From contig NIVC01000572.1 in assembly GCA_002269645.1 (NCBI GenBank), positions 248,001-312,000 of the forward strand: 64,000 bases of DNA, written 5' to 3'. The notes under the pieces are model-generated. The model saw only the letters and a list, made by a program, of their open reading frames with translations. It was not told the DNA's origin and searched no databases. Source of the DNA: Macrostomum lignano. Its lineage: Eukaryota. The translations under genes were made by a program, and so were the position numbers. Position 1 is the stretch's first letter; each line of letters opens with the position of its first letter. Below are positions 12,901 through 23,881 of this stretch, in pieces.

Positions 12901-13758
12901 GGTAGGCAGCAGCAGGCGCTTTCTGACTCAATGGGCTCTGAAGCTGTCTCAAATTCTGAGACTGTCTAGCTTCTAATGATGCTTTTTCTTGCTGAAGTTG
13001 CATCGAAATCGAACTGGCATTCAGTGACATTCTAGGAGCCGTTGCAGTCGCACTCTTGCGCGGTTGATGACCTGCTGACGCGTCTGTGGCATGTTTTTGC
13101 TGAGGCGCTGACTTTGTAGCTGGCTTCCGGATCTGCGTGTTTTTTGTTTGAATATGATGTTCGTTGAGACTAGGGTGGGGTTTTCAACAGAAGGATTTTG
13201 AGGATTTGCCAGCGGGGGAGGGGCAGGGCAGAGACGAGTTGCATCCACAGGCCTAGGAGATAGGGGTAGGGGCCACCCAACAAGAGGCATGGGGTACCTA
13301 GCACCTGAGAGACAGGGTTGCCCACAACCTAGATATGTAAGAGACAGCGTCACCAACTTAATAGACTGATCGAGGCACCAACCTCAGGCAGGGACAAGGG
13401 CGCCAACCTAAGAGACGGGGTGCCAACCTAAGAGACGGGGTGCCAACCTAAGAGACAGGGTGCGCCCACGAAACATTAAATATTCGAGGTTGCAGCCAGC
13501 TCGAATTAAAAGCCCTCATACGTACGTCACTGCGCTAGAGCACCCGAGTGCGGCAGTATTGATTTGTGGCAAAAAAAAATTGCCAGTCTTCCTAACTTAA
13601 AACCACTTCGACTCTAAAGTCAATATTAAATGGCAATTAACAATTTTACTTCCCTCCTGACGACAAAAATCACAATTGCAATTTTTAAGGATAAAACGGG
13701 TAAAGGTAAAGTTTTATCTTACCGGCTTTTTCGCGCTGACTTTGATCGACTTTCGCAT
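4972..13758 (-). CDS. Anoctamin/TMEM16 paralog B (complete exon set; apparent frame lesions, possible assembly errors or young pseudogene)
   Basis: Exons 13723-13758, about 12619-13169, 12395-12522, 11840-11947, 11626-11767, 11199-11367, 10267-10429, 10092-10182, 9698-9870, 9176-9396, 8343-8538, 8135-8246, 6944-7096, 6146-6181, 5752-6091, 5224-5445 and 4972-5133. Motifs: [82 protein letters not shown]. Two exons are 1 nt out of phase and there is an in-frame TGA unless 6092-6145 is an intron. Confidence 0.88.
5514..5738. repeat. 40-bp minisatellite, about 5.5 copies (intron of anoctamin B)
   Basis: Unit gaatggattgctaatctagtcaacaaggattgaatgaatc. Confidence 0.9.
6318..6918. repeat. 14-bp minisatellite, about 40 copies (intron of B)
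   Basis: Unit atcagagaatcccc. Confidence 0.95.
7135..8080. repeat. 19-bp minisatellite, about 50 copies (intron of B)
   Basis: Unit gttagatacgggatcacct, with gttagatacggaattatat variants. Confidence 0.95.
8591..9097 (+). mobile_element. Dispersed repeat family (about 0.5 kb, MITE-like), copy 1 of 5
   Basis: Shares blocks (atgaaaacggt..., gactctaaaacgac.gatgtca, gagtcgttaaaaagtcacaagag, gcgattcttgtcacggtaac) with about 15605-16093, 19725-19939, 24938-25400 and 35765-35857. Confidence 0.7.
9413..10068. repeat. Inverted compound microsatellites (GTCT/GTCA)n at 9413-9625 and (AGAC/TGAC)n at 9945-10068 flanking exon 9698-9870
   Basis: The right block is the reverse complement of the left block, including the GTCT-GTCA-GTCT order. 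Confidence 0.9.
10445..11090. repeat. 16-bp minisatellite, about 40 copies, degenerating rightwards (intron of B)
   Basis: Unit gaaatgacacactacc. Confidence 0.93.
12025..12290. repeat. 33/38-bp G-rich minisatellite (intron of B)
   Basis: Unit gggtgccatgaggtgggtggagggtgctgtaaa(gtgaa). Confidence 0.85.
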
Positions 13759-14643
13759 TTAATTCTTTTTGTTATTAACTAGCAGTGACATGCGACGATG
13801 GAAATCGCTTCTTTTTTCTTCGTGTACTGGCTTTAAAGCATGCTTCAATTTTTGTCGATTTTCAATTTTTTCTTGAGAGCAAAACGTGCTCTAGCAGACG
13901 ATCTCATCTATTTTTTAGGCGGCTAAATAGGCACAATGATGCAGCGTTATCAAGGACATAGTTTTTGTCTATGGTGTGAAATGCTTTTAAGAGAATGGTG
14001 AAGGACAAAATATGCTGGAACTTTTTATTTATATATTGCAAAAAGTGGCAATTTTTCAGCACTCATGCACTTGCAGAAGCCGAGGGTCACGGACGATTAG
14101 CTAATTGCTGAGATGCCAAAAGGCAAAGGAGATGCCGATATCTTAGGCTGCAAATCTGAGGCGCTCAGGCCTGACGCTGTTTTGCATTAAACACAATTTT
14201 CTTTAAGAAACTAACAGTATTGTGCACAAGGCTTTCTGCACGTATCGTTTGTTCGGAAATTTCTGTTTCTTTTGTTGTTTCCCCAACGGGGGGCATAGCT
14301 AGTCCACTATACTAAAAATGATTGGTTTCATTAAGTGCAAACAAGTCGACAATTTACTATCTAGCGATTGCATGCGTCCTTAATAATGGCTTTTTCTGAT
14401 AGCAAATGCAAAAAGAAAATCCAAAAACTAAAAAATTCCTAAATTTATCACCAAATGCATTAAATTAAAAAAATTAAGCAAAACAAAAACAAAAACCGTT
14501 CACTTGAAAAAATAGCAGATTTAAATGATATATTGCTTGCTGACAGTGACAATGCTGATAATATAGGCATGTAAGTCAGAAAAAAATTCTATTAAATTCT
14601 AAATTATATGAGAAAAGTCCGATTTCAATTATGGTAAAGATTT

Positions 14644-17600
14644 TTATAAAGCTGCCGAATCTTCGCATACAATGTCTGAACTGTCTGACGCTCTTCTTTG
14701 ACGCACTACGTTCGAATTAATTCGATTATGCGAACGCAAAAGACTCTGCATGCTGCGCTGTTGCGGTCGTTCTTGTTGCTGATTTTCTTCTGTCTGCTGC
14801 TGCTGTTGTTTTTGTTGATCTTGAATTAGTAATTGACTCTGCCGATTATAACACTGCTGCATCACTTGCTGGCGCAACTCAGCGTCCACGAGAGCTTGCC
14901 GGCCAAGATAGTTCTGACGCTCGATTCGTTCGACCAGTTTCTTGGGCACTCTTGGGATGAAAATCAGTACGAGCCTTCGCAGTGAGAATACCAAGTGCTG
15001 TAAAGGGTGTACGGGTGCTTTTGTAAGCGCGTAAGTTAAATAGAATCGGTGAATATTGATATCACAACATGCCGAAGTTGTAGTTCAACTCGCGCAGCTT
15101 GTTGGTAAGTACGAATACCGCATATTTAAAATCATTGTGCCAACCAAACTGATACTTTCAATTCGAGTGAACATTCTACCCCGATTGCTACCAATAACTG
15201 ACATGGAATGTAAAATTACATGGCACGACGAAAGCTCGTAAGATGATCAATTTTCTATGAGTTTGATGGAATGTCATGATGCAAAGGTAAAGCACGCTCG
15301 CATAGCCTACTAAATAAAATGTAAATAAAAAAATGAATTAAACTTGCCTCGAATACAATTACAAAAGATAGCCGAACTACCAGCAGTTTCCAGTAGAATG
15401 GAGTCAAGTTTCCCGAACTGTCTCGATAGTTTCTGTACCGACACGGCTGCGATGTGGTGTTCGGCGGCGACCAAGCCAGCGAGAAGTTGGTGAAGCCGTG
15501 TGTATCTGAACTGTAATCAATTTTGTGCAGCATCCTGGCCAAGAAGTCGGACGTAAAGGCTATCAGAAAGCCCTGCATTGCAGTTGCGCTTCAAGTGTTA
15601 GCTAGCCAATAGTTGAAAACGGTTCCTAGGCCAAGAAGCGTCCTAGAGTTGCTTGCGTCTACCCAGAGTCGTTTCAGAGTCGTTGCAGGTAAAATTGGTA
15701 GAACAAGAAAGAAGTGACTCTAAGATGACTCTAAAACGACTAGATGTCAGTCACATTAAAAGTGGCCAAAAAATCGAGTAAGAGTTTTTCAGAGTCAATT
15801 TGAAGCGTTTGGTTTTTTGCGATTCTCAAACGACTTTGGGGGCAACGCAAGTTGCGTCGAAAGTGCATTTACGTCACTATGAATTCGAATCACTCTTTGA
15901 ATTATAACAACTCTATTTAGTCGACTTTTTCGCGACTCTACGATTCTGCAGTTCTTGAGATGACTAAAAAATCGCTTCATCATTGTATTGCAGTCGTTTA
16001 AGTTGTTAAAAAGTCAGAAGAGTCGCTAGAGTCTCTAAAGTTGCTAAAATGAGTTGTTTACCATGACTCTTCAGTGATTATTGCCACGGTAATATTTTCA
16101 AAGGGTTATCGTTCTATTCATTTGGCATTATATCTACCGTTCTATCCTCCTCCTTCAAAAAGCATTCATTCGACTGTTGTAAAAGAAATCCTGCACTAAT
16201 GGTAGATTGTGGATATGGTTTTGGAGATAGAATGATTAATTTCAATGTCTTCCTAAACAAAAAGAAAATTTGAACAACCCGGTTAAAAATTATCATTTCA
16301 AGTTCAACTGAACCGAAATAGCGATTAGAAGTTTAGCTTCAAAGCAAACAAGTGAGCCTTAAAATCACTTACATTAGATATAACGGACACCACAGCTATA
16401 ACGTCAAGCAGGTTGGACCACATGCCAATGCCTTGAAACTGCAGAGACAGCGGTCGGCGAGTATCCTCAATTAGTCGTTTGGCAATGATTCGAAGGGCGA
16501 GGATATTGTTGAGAAGGGCGAACAGCGGAGCCAGTGGAAAAGCGGCTACAAAAATGGTTGCAAAACCAAATTGCAGCACCAGATGCAAAAAGTCGTTCCA
16601 CAAGCCTTCGAAACTTAACAGGCAGTAGTCCGCCTCCCACGGTTTCAACTTTTGTCCGTTCAATAGCGTCGTTGAAAAACCGGTACGAATGCCTTGTATA
16701 TAGATCTTAATCCTTCTGCAGATGAAAAAGGTGATTATTTATACTCCTAGCATGGGGTTACACTCGTAGATCATAGCAAAGATACTAAAATCGACAAAAT
16801 GACCAACTTACGGCAGGATCAGATCGATGCAATTGCTGAGCGCCTGTCTGCCTATCATAATAATAGCAAGCGTGAGCGTCAGATCTAATAAACAGCCACC
16901 TTCATCGCACTCCTCTGGCCGGTAGCCAAGCAGGGAGTTGTAGTTTCCTGGGTAGCCGGAAAATCTAAAATTGGTGGCATTCGAGGCAGCGTTGCGTTGG
17001 TAACTTGAGACATTTCGTTTTTTTATGATATACTCGAGGTGTGATAGGAGTATCGTAGCATTAATTTTGAGTAGCTATTTACTTCGTACAAGCGTATGAT
17101 CAAGTTAACATAAGTAGAGGAGAGATGAAGAGAGGGAGATGAGAGAGGAGAGAGGAGAGAGGAGAGAGGAGAGAGGAGAGAGGAGAGAGGAGAGAAGAGA
17201 AAGGAGAGAGGAGAGAGGAGAGAGGAGAGAGGAGAGAGGAGAGAGGAGAGAGGAGAGAGGAGAGAGGAGAGAGGAGAGAAGAGAAAGGAGAGAGGAGAGA
17301 GGAGAGAGGAGAGAGGAGAGAGGAGAGAGGAGAGAGGAGAAAGGAGAGAGGAGAAAGGAGAGAGGAGAAAGGAGAGAGGAGAGAGGAGAGAGGAGAGAGG
17401 AGAGAAGAGAAAGGAGAGAGGAGAGAAGAGAAAGGAGAGAGGAGAAAGGAGAGAGGAGAAAGGAGAGAGGAGAGAGGAGAGAGGAGAGAGGAGAGAGGAG
17501 AGAGGAGAAAGGAGAGAGGAGAAAGGAGAGAGGACAGAGGACAGAGGAGAGAGGAGAGAGGAGAGAGGAGAGAGGAGAGAGGAGAGAGAGGAGAGAGAGG

Positions 17601-20600
17601 AGAGAGGAGAGAGGAGAGAGGAGAGAGGAGAGAGAAGAGAGGAGATTCGACTATAGAGCTGAGAAGAGACGCACACCTTAAGCGGGCCGGATTGCTCTTG
17701 TGAAGTTTGAAAGGACCCCCCGGGGGGCCGGAGTTCACCAACTCCTGCTGTAGTGAATGGGGACAGCTGAGCAAACCATGCAATGAGAAAGGATTCGAAC
17801 TGGTTAGAATTCGTTATCATCATCAGACTAACCTGCCTTTGAAGAACGCAATGTAGAATATTGACGAATAATAGTTCCAAATCTCAAATATGAATATCTT
17901 CATTGTAACCTGATCGTCAAATTCCCATTGCGTTTTGTGCGCCTCTGAAATCGGATTAACAAATTCAAACCAGAAATTGAATTAGTATATCTTTGGAAGA
18001 TTATACATCACGATTCGAGGCCGTTACTTGCCCCATTCGGTCAGTCGGTAGGCCAGCTGCTTGTACAAAACTTCCAGGGCCAGCATCAGCAGCAGATGCA
18101 GCAGAGCGCCCAAGGCGTTAGCGATTGCGCGAGCTGTCGTGAGGAGCGCCGGCACGCGAATCAGGTACACAATGACGCTCGATTGAAACGTGATTACGAG
18201 CAGGATGAAAACGATAACTATGACGAGCTGAAGTTTAATTTCGATAGAATAATATGAGCTTTCCTTTTTCCTGTTGAGATGCGTTTGCCTTCGTTTTAAA
18301 TTCCCACATGCCTCTCGCTCTTTCTGATGCAAACCGCATAAATCTCAAGTTTTCATAGGTTTCCGTTAAAAATGTCTGTCTGCTTTAAGTAACTTAAACT
18401 ATAGCACCTTTTTTGCCAGCGGATTTGGCGCCCCCCCCCCTGCACAACAGCTGGGGCGCCCCTGCCTCGGCGCGGTCCCCTAATAACTACATGTAATTTG
18501 GCGTTGGTGCTGGCGCCCCTGATGCTGGCGCCCCCTAGTGCTAAAGCCCCTGGTGCTAAAGCCCCTAGTGCTAAAGCCACTGGAGCTAAAGGTCCTGGTA
18601 CTGGAGCCTCGGGTACTAAATAAGCAACCAGAAAAAAGCCTACCATAAAAAGCAGACAAATGTAGCTGCAAATAATCCTAGGCAGTCGTCGAGTGGAAGG
18701 AAAATGCGGCTCAATGATGCCAGTGATGGGGTTCCGTCTGTGCTGGTCGCATCGCGCGGCGAAGCCAGGCCGGGGCCGGCTGATCTCAACACGATAGTTG
18801 CTCACGCCCCAGCGATGGGCGAGAGTGGCGGTGCGACGCTTCCAGAACTCCAGGAAGATCAGAGCTGATTGATTTTAAGAAAAAAATTAATTTAATACCG
18901 GTTTAATTCTCATTTACTTCGCTGCAGTCTAATGTCACTGACAGTCAAATGTCACTGACAGTCCAATGTCACTGACAGTCAAATGTCACTGACAGTCAAA
19001 TGTCACTGACTGTCAAATGTCACTGATAGTCAAATGTCACTGACAGTCAAATGTCACTGATAGTCCAATGTCGCTGACAGTCAAATGTCATTGATAGTCA
19101 AATGTCACTGACAGTCGAATGTCACTGATAGTCAAATGTCACTGACAGTCAAATGTCACTGACAGTCAAATGTCACTGACAGTCAAATTTCGTTGACCCT
19201 CACACTTTAGTGCCAATAATCTGTTACTCGAAAGTCGTATTTACAATTGATCGCCCAGTATTTTATATCAAACCACTAAGTCTTTGTTGAAGCGTTTGTT
19301 ACATGTAAGTCCATTGATTTAAGGCCAATAACATAACGCTTGAACTCACACCAGATCGACATGAAGACAGCGTAAAACACGGTGCCATAATTGTCGAAAA
19401 CGGCCGCCAACTTCAGTTTCCAGCAGATGTCGCTCAAATACCAAAACGGGCAGCCATCAGCCTCGTCGCAGAATGGGCACATTTTAAATTCCTTTCCAGC
19501 CTTGCAGGTGTTTCGGCTGCAATTGGAAAAATCGTTAAACATATGCGAACTACACGACCTATTATTGAGTTTTATGCAAACAGCAAATCAACTCACTTGG
19601 CAGCATTGAATGGCAGCGATGCCAGACCGTAAACAAAAACGAAGACGCCAACTAGGGTAGCCGGGGCAAGCCAAGTTGTGTAGAAACCTTGAAAATTAGA
19701 TTAATTTGCTTTGTAGGTTTCTGCTTGCCCAATGAAAACTGTACCCAGGAAAAAAGCGTCCCTCTCGTTGCAGGTAACATTGGTAGAACAGAAAAGAAGT
19801 GACTCCAGACGACTCTAAAACTACTTTATGTCACGCTGCAAGTCGCCAAAAAAGTCCCTAGATTCATCTCTAGACTCAGTAAAAAGTCACTACAATGAGT
19901 TGTTTGCAATGACTCGTCAGCGATTCTTGTCACGGCAACATTTTGAACGGGTTAGTGCGCTTTATCTCACCTAGCCAAGCGAAGAAGAAGGCGATCTTCT
20001 CGCCAAAGTAGTCACGCACGTGGTCAAGCGGCTGAAATTTGTACCAACAGCGCCAGTTGGCCCAGTGCAGATGGAGAAGCTGTCTCAGATTGAGTTCGGG
20101 CTTCTGCTGCTGCAGTTCAGCTGTCTCTGGCTGATTGTTCTTGCAGTTTGCATTGCAGCTTTGCCTGGTGGGCTCCCCAGACAGGCCTGGCACTTGGTAC
20201 GGTCCCTGGAAATGAAAGAAGCATGCATGTACATGCTCTCTGTCAGTGTTGGGCACCAGTCCGTTAATAAGCGTTAATCCGTTAATAAGCGTTAATAAGC
20301 GTTAAGATTTTTCATTAACGTTAACGGACTGTCGTTAAGATTTTTTTGAACTAACGGATTAACGAATTTGCGTTAAAAATTTTGTGAATTAACGATAAAT
20401 TCATCGTTAACGGTAGGGTCTATGTCAATGACCAAAGACGCAAAGAAGGAACGAAAAATAGAAGTCTTACAAGAAGTTTAAACATTACGAACGTATTTGA
20501 GCTTACCTATATGCCTAAATATAATCTCTTTATTTATGACGATGATCATACAGACGTACATGTAATTAACAACTTCTTACAAATAAACTTTAAAATAATG

Positions 20601-23600
20601 AATTAAAATAGTGTGAAACTTTATTTCTTGCGCGTGAGCATCGATCGCTTTGATTCACTTCTGTCCCAATCTTTCGCAACTTTCTGCTGCGTCTGCTAAT
20701 GGTACTGAAACAACCTTCCTATGCGTATTTAATTATGAATTTCTCGCTATTAGCTTTTAAGTTTCAAATAAAATAAGTTACTTTTTTACCATATGCTTTA
20801 CTTTTAGTAGCATTATGCATGCAAGTTTTTAAAATGATTATTTATTACTTTTTTAGCTTTCAAATCGCTTAGATGACCTCCGTGTTTCGCTAAAAAGATG
20901 GAATAGCAAAGACGTGCAATACGAAGTCTGTTTTGGAAAAAAAGTGCAAGATTTCCGTATTTTCTGTGTTAACTTTACAGATTAACGCTTATTAACGATT
21001 ATCAGTTAACTTTCAGTTAACTTAACGAAATTAGGAGTTAAAAAGTTAAGATTTTTTTGTTTTAACGCTAACGCTTTTGCTATTAACCGAAGTTAAGATT
21101 TTCATTAACGGTGCCCAACACTGCTCTCTGTGTTTTGGAATTGATGGCAGGAGAAACTCGCGCAGATCAGAGCTACATGTGCGTGTCTGGGTGTGCTTAA
21201 TGTGATATACTTTGTTTGACTCAGTTAACCTCCATTCTCCGTCCCCCGCGCGTCGCTCCGCGTACATTGTCTGTCTGTTGCATTTCTATTCAATGTACAT
21301 CGCTCAAATCCTAAATATCGACAACGATGAAATTAACTGTGGACAGAATTTTTAACCACCCTTAGTTCGCTTGCGCTAAGTCTCCGACTGGAATGTACTT
21401 TAAATAGACAAACTCGGGCAATCCTGACAGAGAACAACTCTCCCTTCCATACACCAGATTCTACTGTATATTACTTATCCTTTTGTAAGTTAACACCACA
21501 ATGATTGAAACTATCAAATACATCGGACTATAGGGGGTACTCGTACATCACATTTGTAGGTGCAACGCAGGAAAAAGTCAGTCAAATCCCTGCAGTGCCT
21601 GATCAGCTATTTGGGTACGGTCTGATAACCGTATACAGAAATCAAGGACAGCTAGCGTTTTAAAAGCTGCATTTGGCGAGCAAACCAGAGAACTGTTTCA
21701 GCTTACCTCGTGCAGCGGAAACGCGCACAGGTAAAATTCATCATTAATCATCCGATCGATACCGATTTCGCCCCTTCGAGAGTTGCCAAACAGCCGAGTG
21801 GACAGCAGCTCGTAGGTCACCAACTGGCGCTGTTTCTGGGAGAAAAAAGAGTCGCCGTTGTGTATCCCGATGAAGCTGCGGACGGATAGGCGATGGACGT
21901 TCGGAGTGAAATTATCCCAGTGACTTATTCTATGAAAATCGAACCGAAGTGCAGGGACATCAGGGCGGTAAACATATCCCTATCAGGCCATTGACCCTAC
22001 TTTTTCTAGCTATCGCTAACTCTAGAGGTACGGTTATTGCGCTCATCAGTTTTGAGAAGTGCAGAGCACTTCATCTACAACAGCACAGCCTCGCTGAACT
22101 CGGTCTAATTATACATTGCTCTGAAATTTTCTCTCTGCAGGGGGACCGCGATGCGAACACCGGCACCACCGGATCTCCCTGCGCGATACCGCAGCACCAG
22201 CTGCCCGTGGTTGCCAGGGGCTAGCAAAATGGGGGTCGACGGCTCCCCGCTGTATCCGGGTGCCCGGAGTCAAGTATAAGTACAGAATTTACTTAGAAAT
22301 GAAGCAGAGGATGGTAAGGAACGCTTGTTTGTGGTTCTGATTCTTATATGATCTTATTCTGATCTTTACGGCATGCTTTCAATGTGAGGTTGCTGGTGTC
22401 TATGGCCGAAGTATCAATTACGACTAAAGCACACACTATCCAACTCACTTGTGCATTTTAGCAGCGGAGAAGCCGCAAGTGTAATACAGCTGAGCTTTCC
22501 TTGGCACAGCTGTTCCCAGCGGAATCTCGTCCATTGGCTAAAAATCGAAAGAGAAAACGCACAGATTTTTTGAAGAGTATTTTATCTTCATTTTTCTATC
22601 TTCAGCACCAAAACTCAAACCTTCAAGGGTGCCCTTAGTTTGAGATTTTCCGCATGGCAGCACATGGCCTCCCAGGTGACGTAGAGCTTGAGAAAGTGCA
22701 ACCGTTTTGTTGACGTCTCCCTTACAGCCTGTGATGTAGGTTAGCAGAGTCATTGTGGATAGATAGATTAGGTAGGGAAACTGTGAACTATAGTGTGAAT
22801 GGCTAAAATAAGCGGCAGGAAGGCTCGTGAAGCTCCCTTGGTTAGAAAAACAGCAGCAATTTTTAAAGCCAACCTTCTCCATTTCTACTCCGGCTTGTTT
22901 CAGATGGTAGTGAAAATTTTGTCTGCACTTCATGCTTCTCTCGGTTTGCAGCGTCTCGGGTGCATTGGGATCTTCTTCCCACACCAGCACGTAGTCTGAG
23001 GGGTCGGGGGGGAGCAGTTGTGAGAGCGACTTTCATTTGGGGCTAGGGGGTCGCTGACTGACTCAATCTCAATTAGGGGGTCGCTGACTGACTCAATCTC
23101 AATCAGGGGGTCACTGACTGACTCAATCTCAATTAGGGGGTCGCTGACTGACTCAATCTCAATTAGGGGGTCGCTGACCGACTCAATCTCAATCGGGGGT
23201 CACTGACTGACTCAATCTCAATTAGGGGGTCGCTGACTGACTCAATCTCAATTAGGGGGTCGCTGACTGACTTAGTGTCAATTTGGGGGGTCACTGAGCG
23301 ACTCAACCTCAATCAGGGGGTCGCTGACTGACTCAATCTCAATCGGGGGTCACTGACTGACTCAATCTCAATTAGGGGGTCGCTGACTGACTTAGTGTCA
23401 ATTTGGGGGGTCACTGAGCGACTCAACCTCAATCAGGGGGTCACTGACCGACTCAATCTCAATCAGGGGGTCACTGACCGACTCAATCTCAATCAGGGGG
23501 TCACTGACTGACTTAATCTCAATCAGGGGTCACTGACCGACTTAATCTCAATCAGGGGTCACTGACCGACTTAATCTCAATCAGGGGGTCACTGACCGAC

Positions 23601-23881
23601 TTAATCTCAATCAGGGGTCACTGACCGACTCAATCTCAATGAGGGATCTCTAGCACTGACCTACTCAGTCTCTCAACAGGTGAAAGAACTTCACTACTGG
23701 AACTACACGTAGAGAATTTCACGAGTATATTCACAGACCCATCTCACTCACCTATTTGCCTAATTCCATCATCAAAATAATAGCCAAACTGATGTTGATC
23801 TCGACTAGACTGGACAAAGACTGATCCTTGGTCGCTGAGCCGAGAATTCTGCCGGTCCAAGGAGACCGGCATTTGCTTCAT
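14644..23881 (-). CDS. Anoctamin/TMEM16 paralog C, 15 exons, 904 aa, degenerate Ca2+-binding site
   Basis: Exons 23752-23881, 22874-22995, 22621-22728, 22449-22537, 21707-21875, 19971-20205, 19597-19687, 19350-19516, 18644-18864, 18032-18227, 17833-17944, 16812-16964, 16373-16715, 15348-15572 and 14644-14997 sum to 2715 nt with consistent phases. Several exon lengths equal those of B or A (108, 169, 91, 221, 196, 112, 153 as in B; 122 as in A). Motifs: [72 protein letters not shown]. The start ATG is uncertain. Confidence 0.92.
17110..17747 (-). mobile_element. hAT(Charlie)-like MITE end carrying a (GGAGAGA)n tract
   Basis: The reverse-complement terminus caggagttggtgaactccggccc is followed by the family block ...ctgagaagagac.ca.accttaagcgggccggatt... 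shared with 11440-11585, 31640-31770, 55304-56080, 59563-59950 and 60110-60444. Confidence 0.65.
18930..19186. repeat. 17-bp minisatellite, about 15 copies (intron of C)
   Basis: Unit aatgtcactgacagtca, containing the internal palindrome tgtca-c-tgaca. Confidence 0.93.
20244..21123. mobile_element. Non-autonomous hAT element, 880 bp (intron of C)
   Basis: Perfect 14-bp TIR cagtgttgggcacc / ggtgcccaacactg, 8-bp TSD ctctctgt (20236-20243 and 21124-21131), and many subterminal cgttaa motifs. No ORF. Confidence 0.93.
23045..23640. repeat. 30-bp minisatellite, about 20 copies (intron of C)
   Basis: Unit gggggtcgctgactgactcaatctcaatta. Confidence 0.93.

Noticed and set aside
17023-17880. LSPLSS and EERGERR ORFs (also 54424-56172 and 60111-60536)
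   Set aside because: They derive from (GGAGAGA)n and (GGAGA)n microsatellites; 17023-17880 lies within an intron of anoctamin C.
23045-23640. CRISPR-like appearance of the 30-43-bp arrays (also 36750, 41455, 50545)
   Set aside because: The units are contiguous with no unique spacers, there are no cas genes, and the context is eukaryotic.
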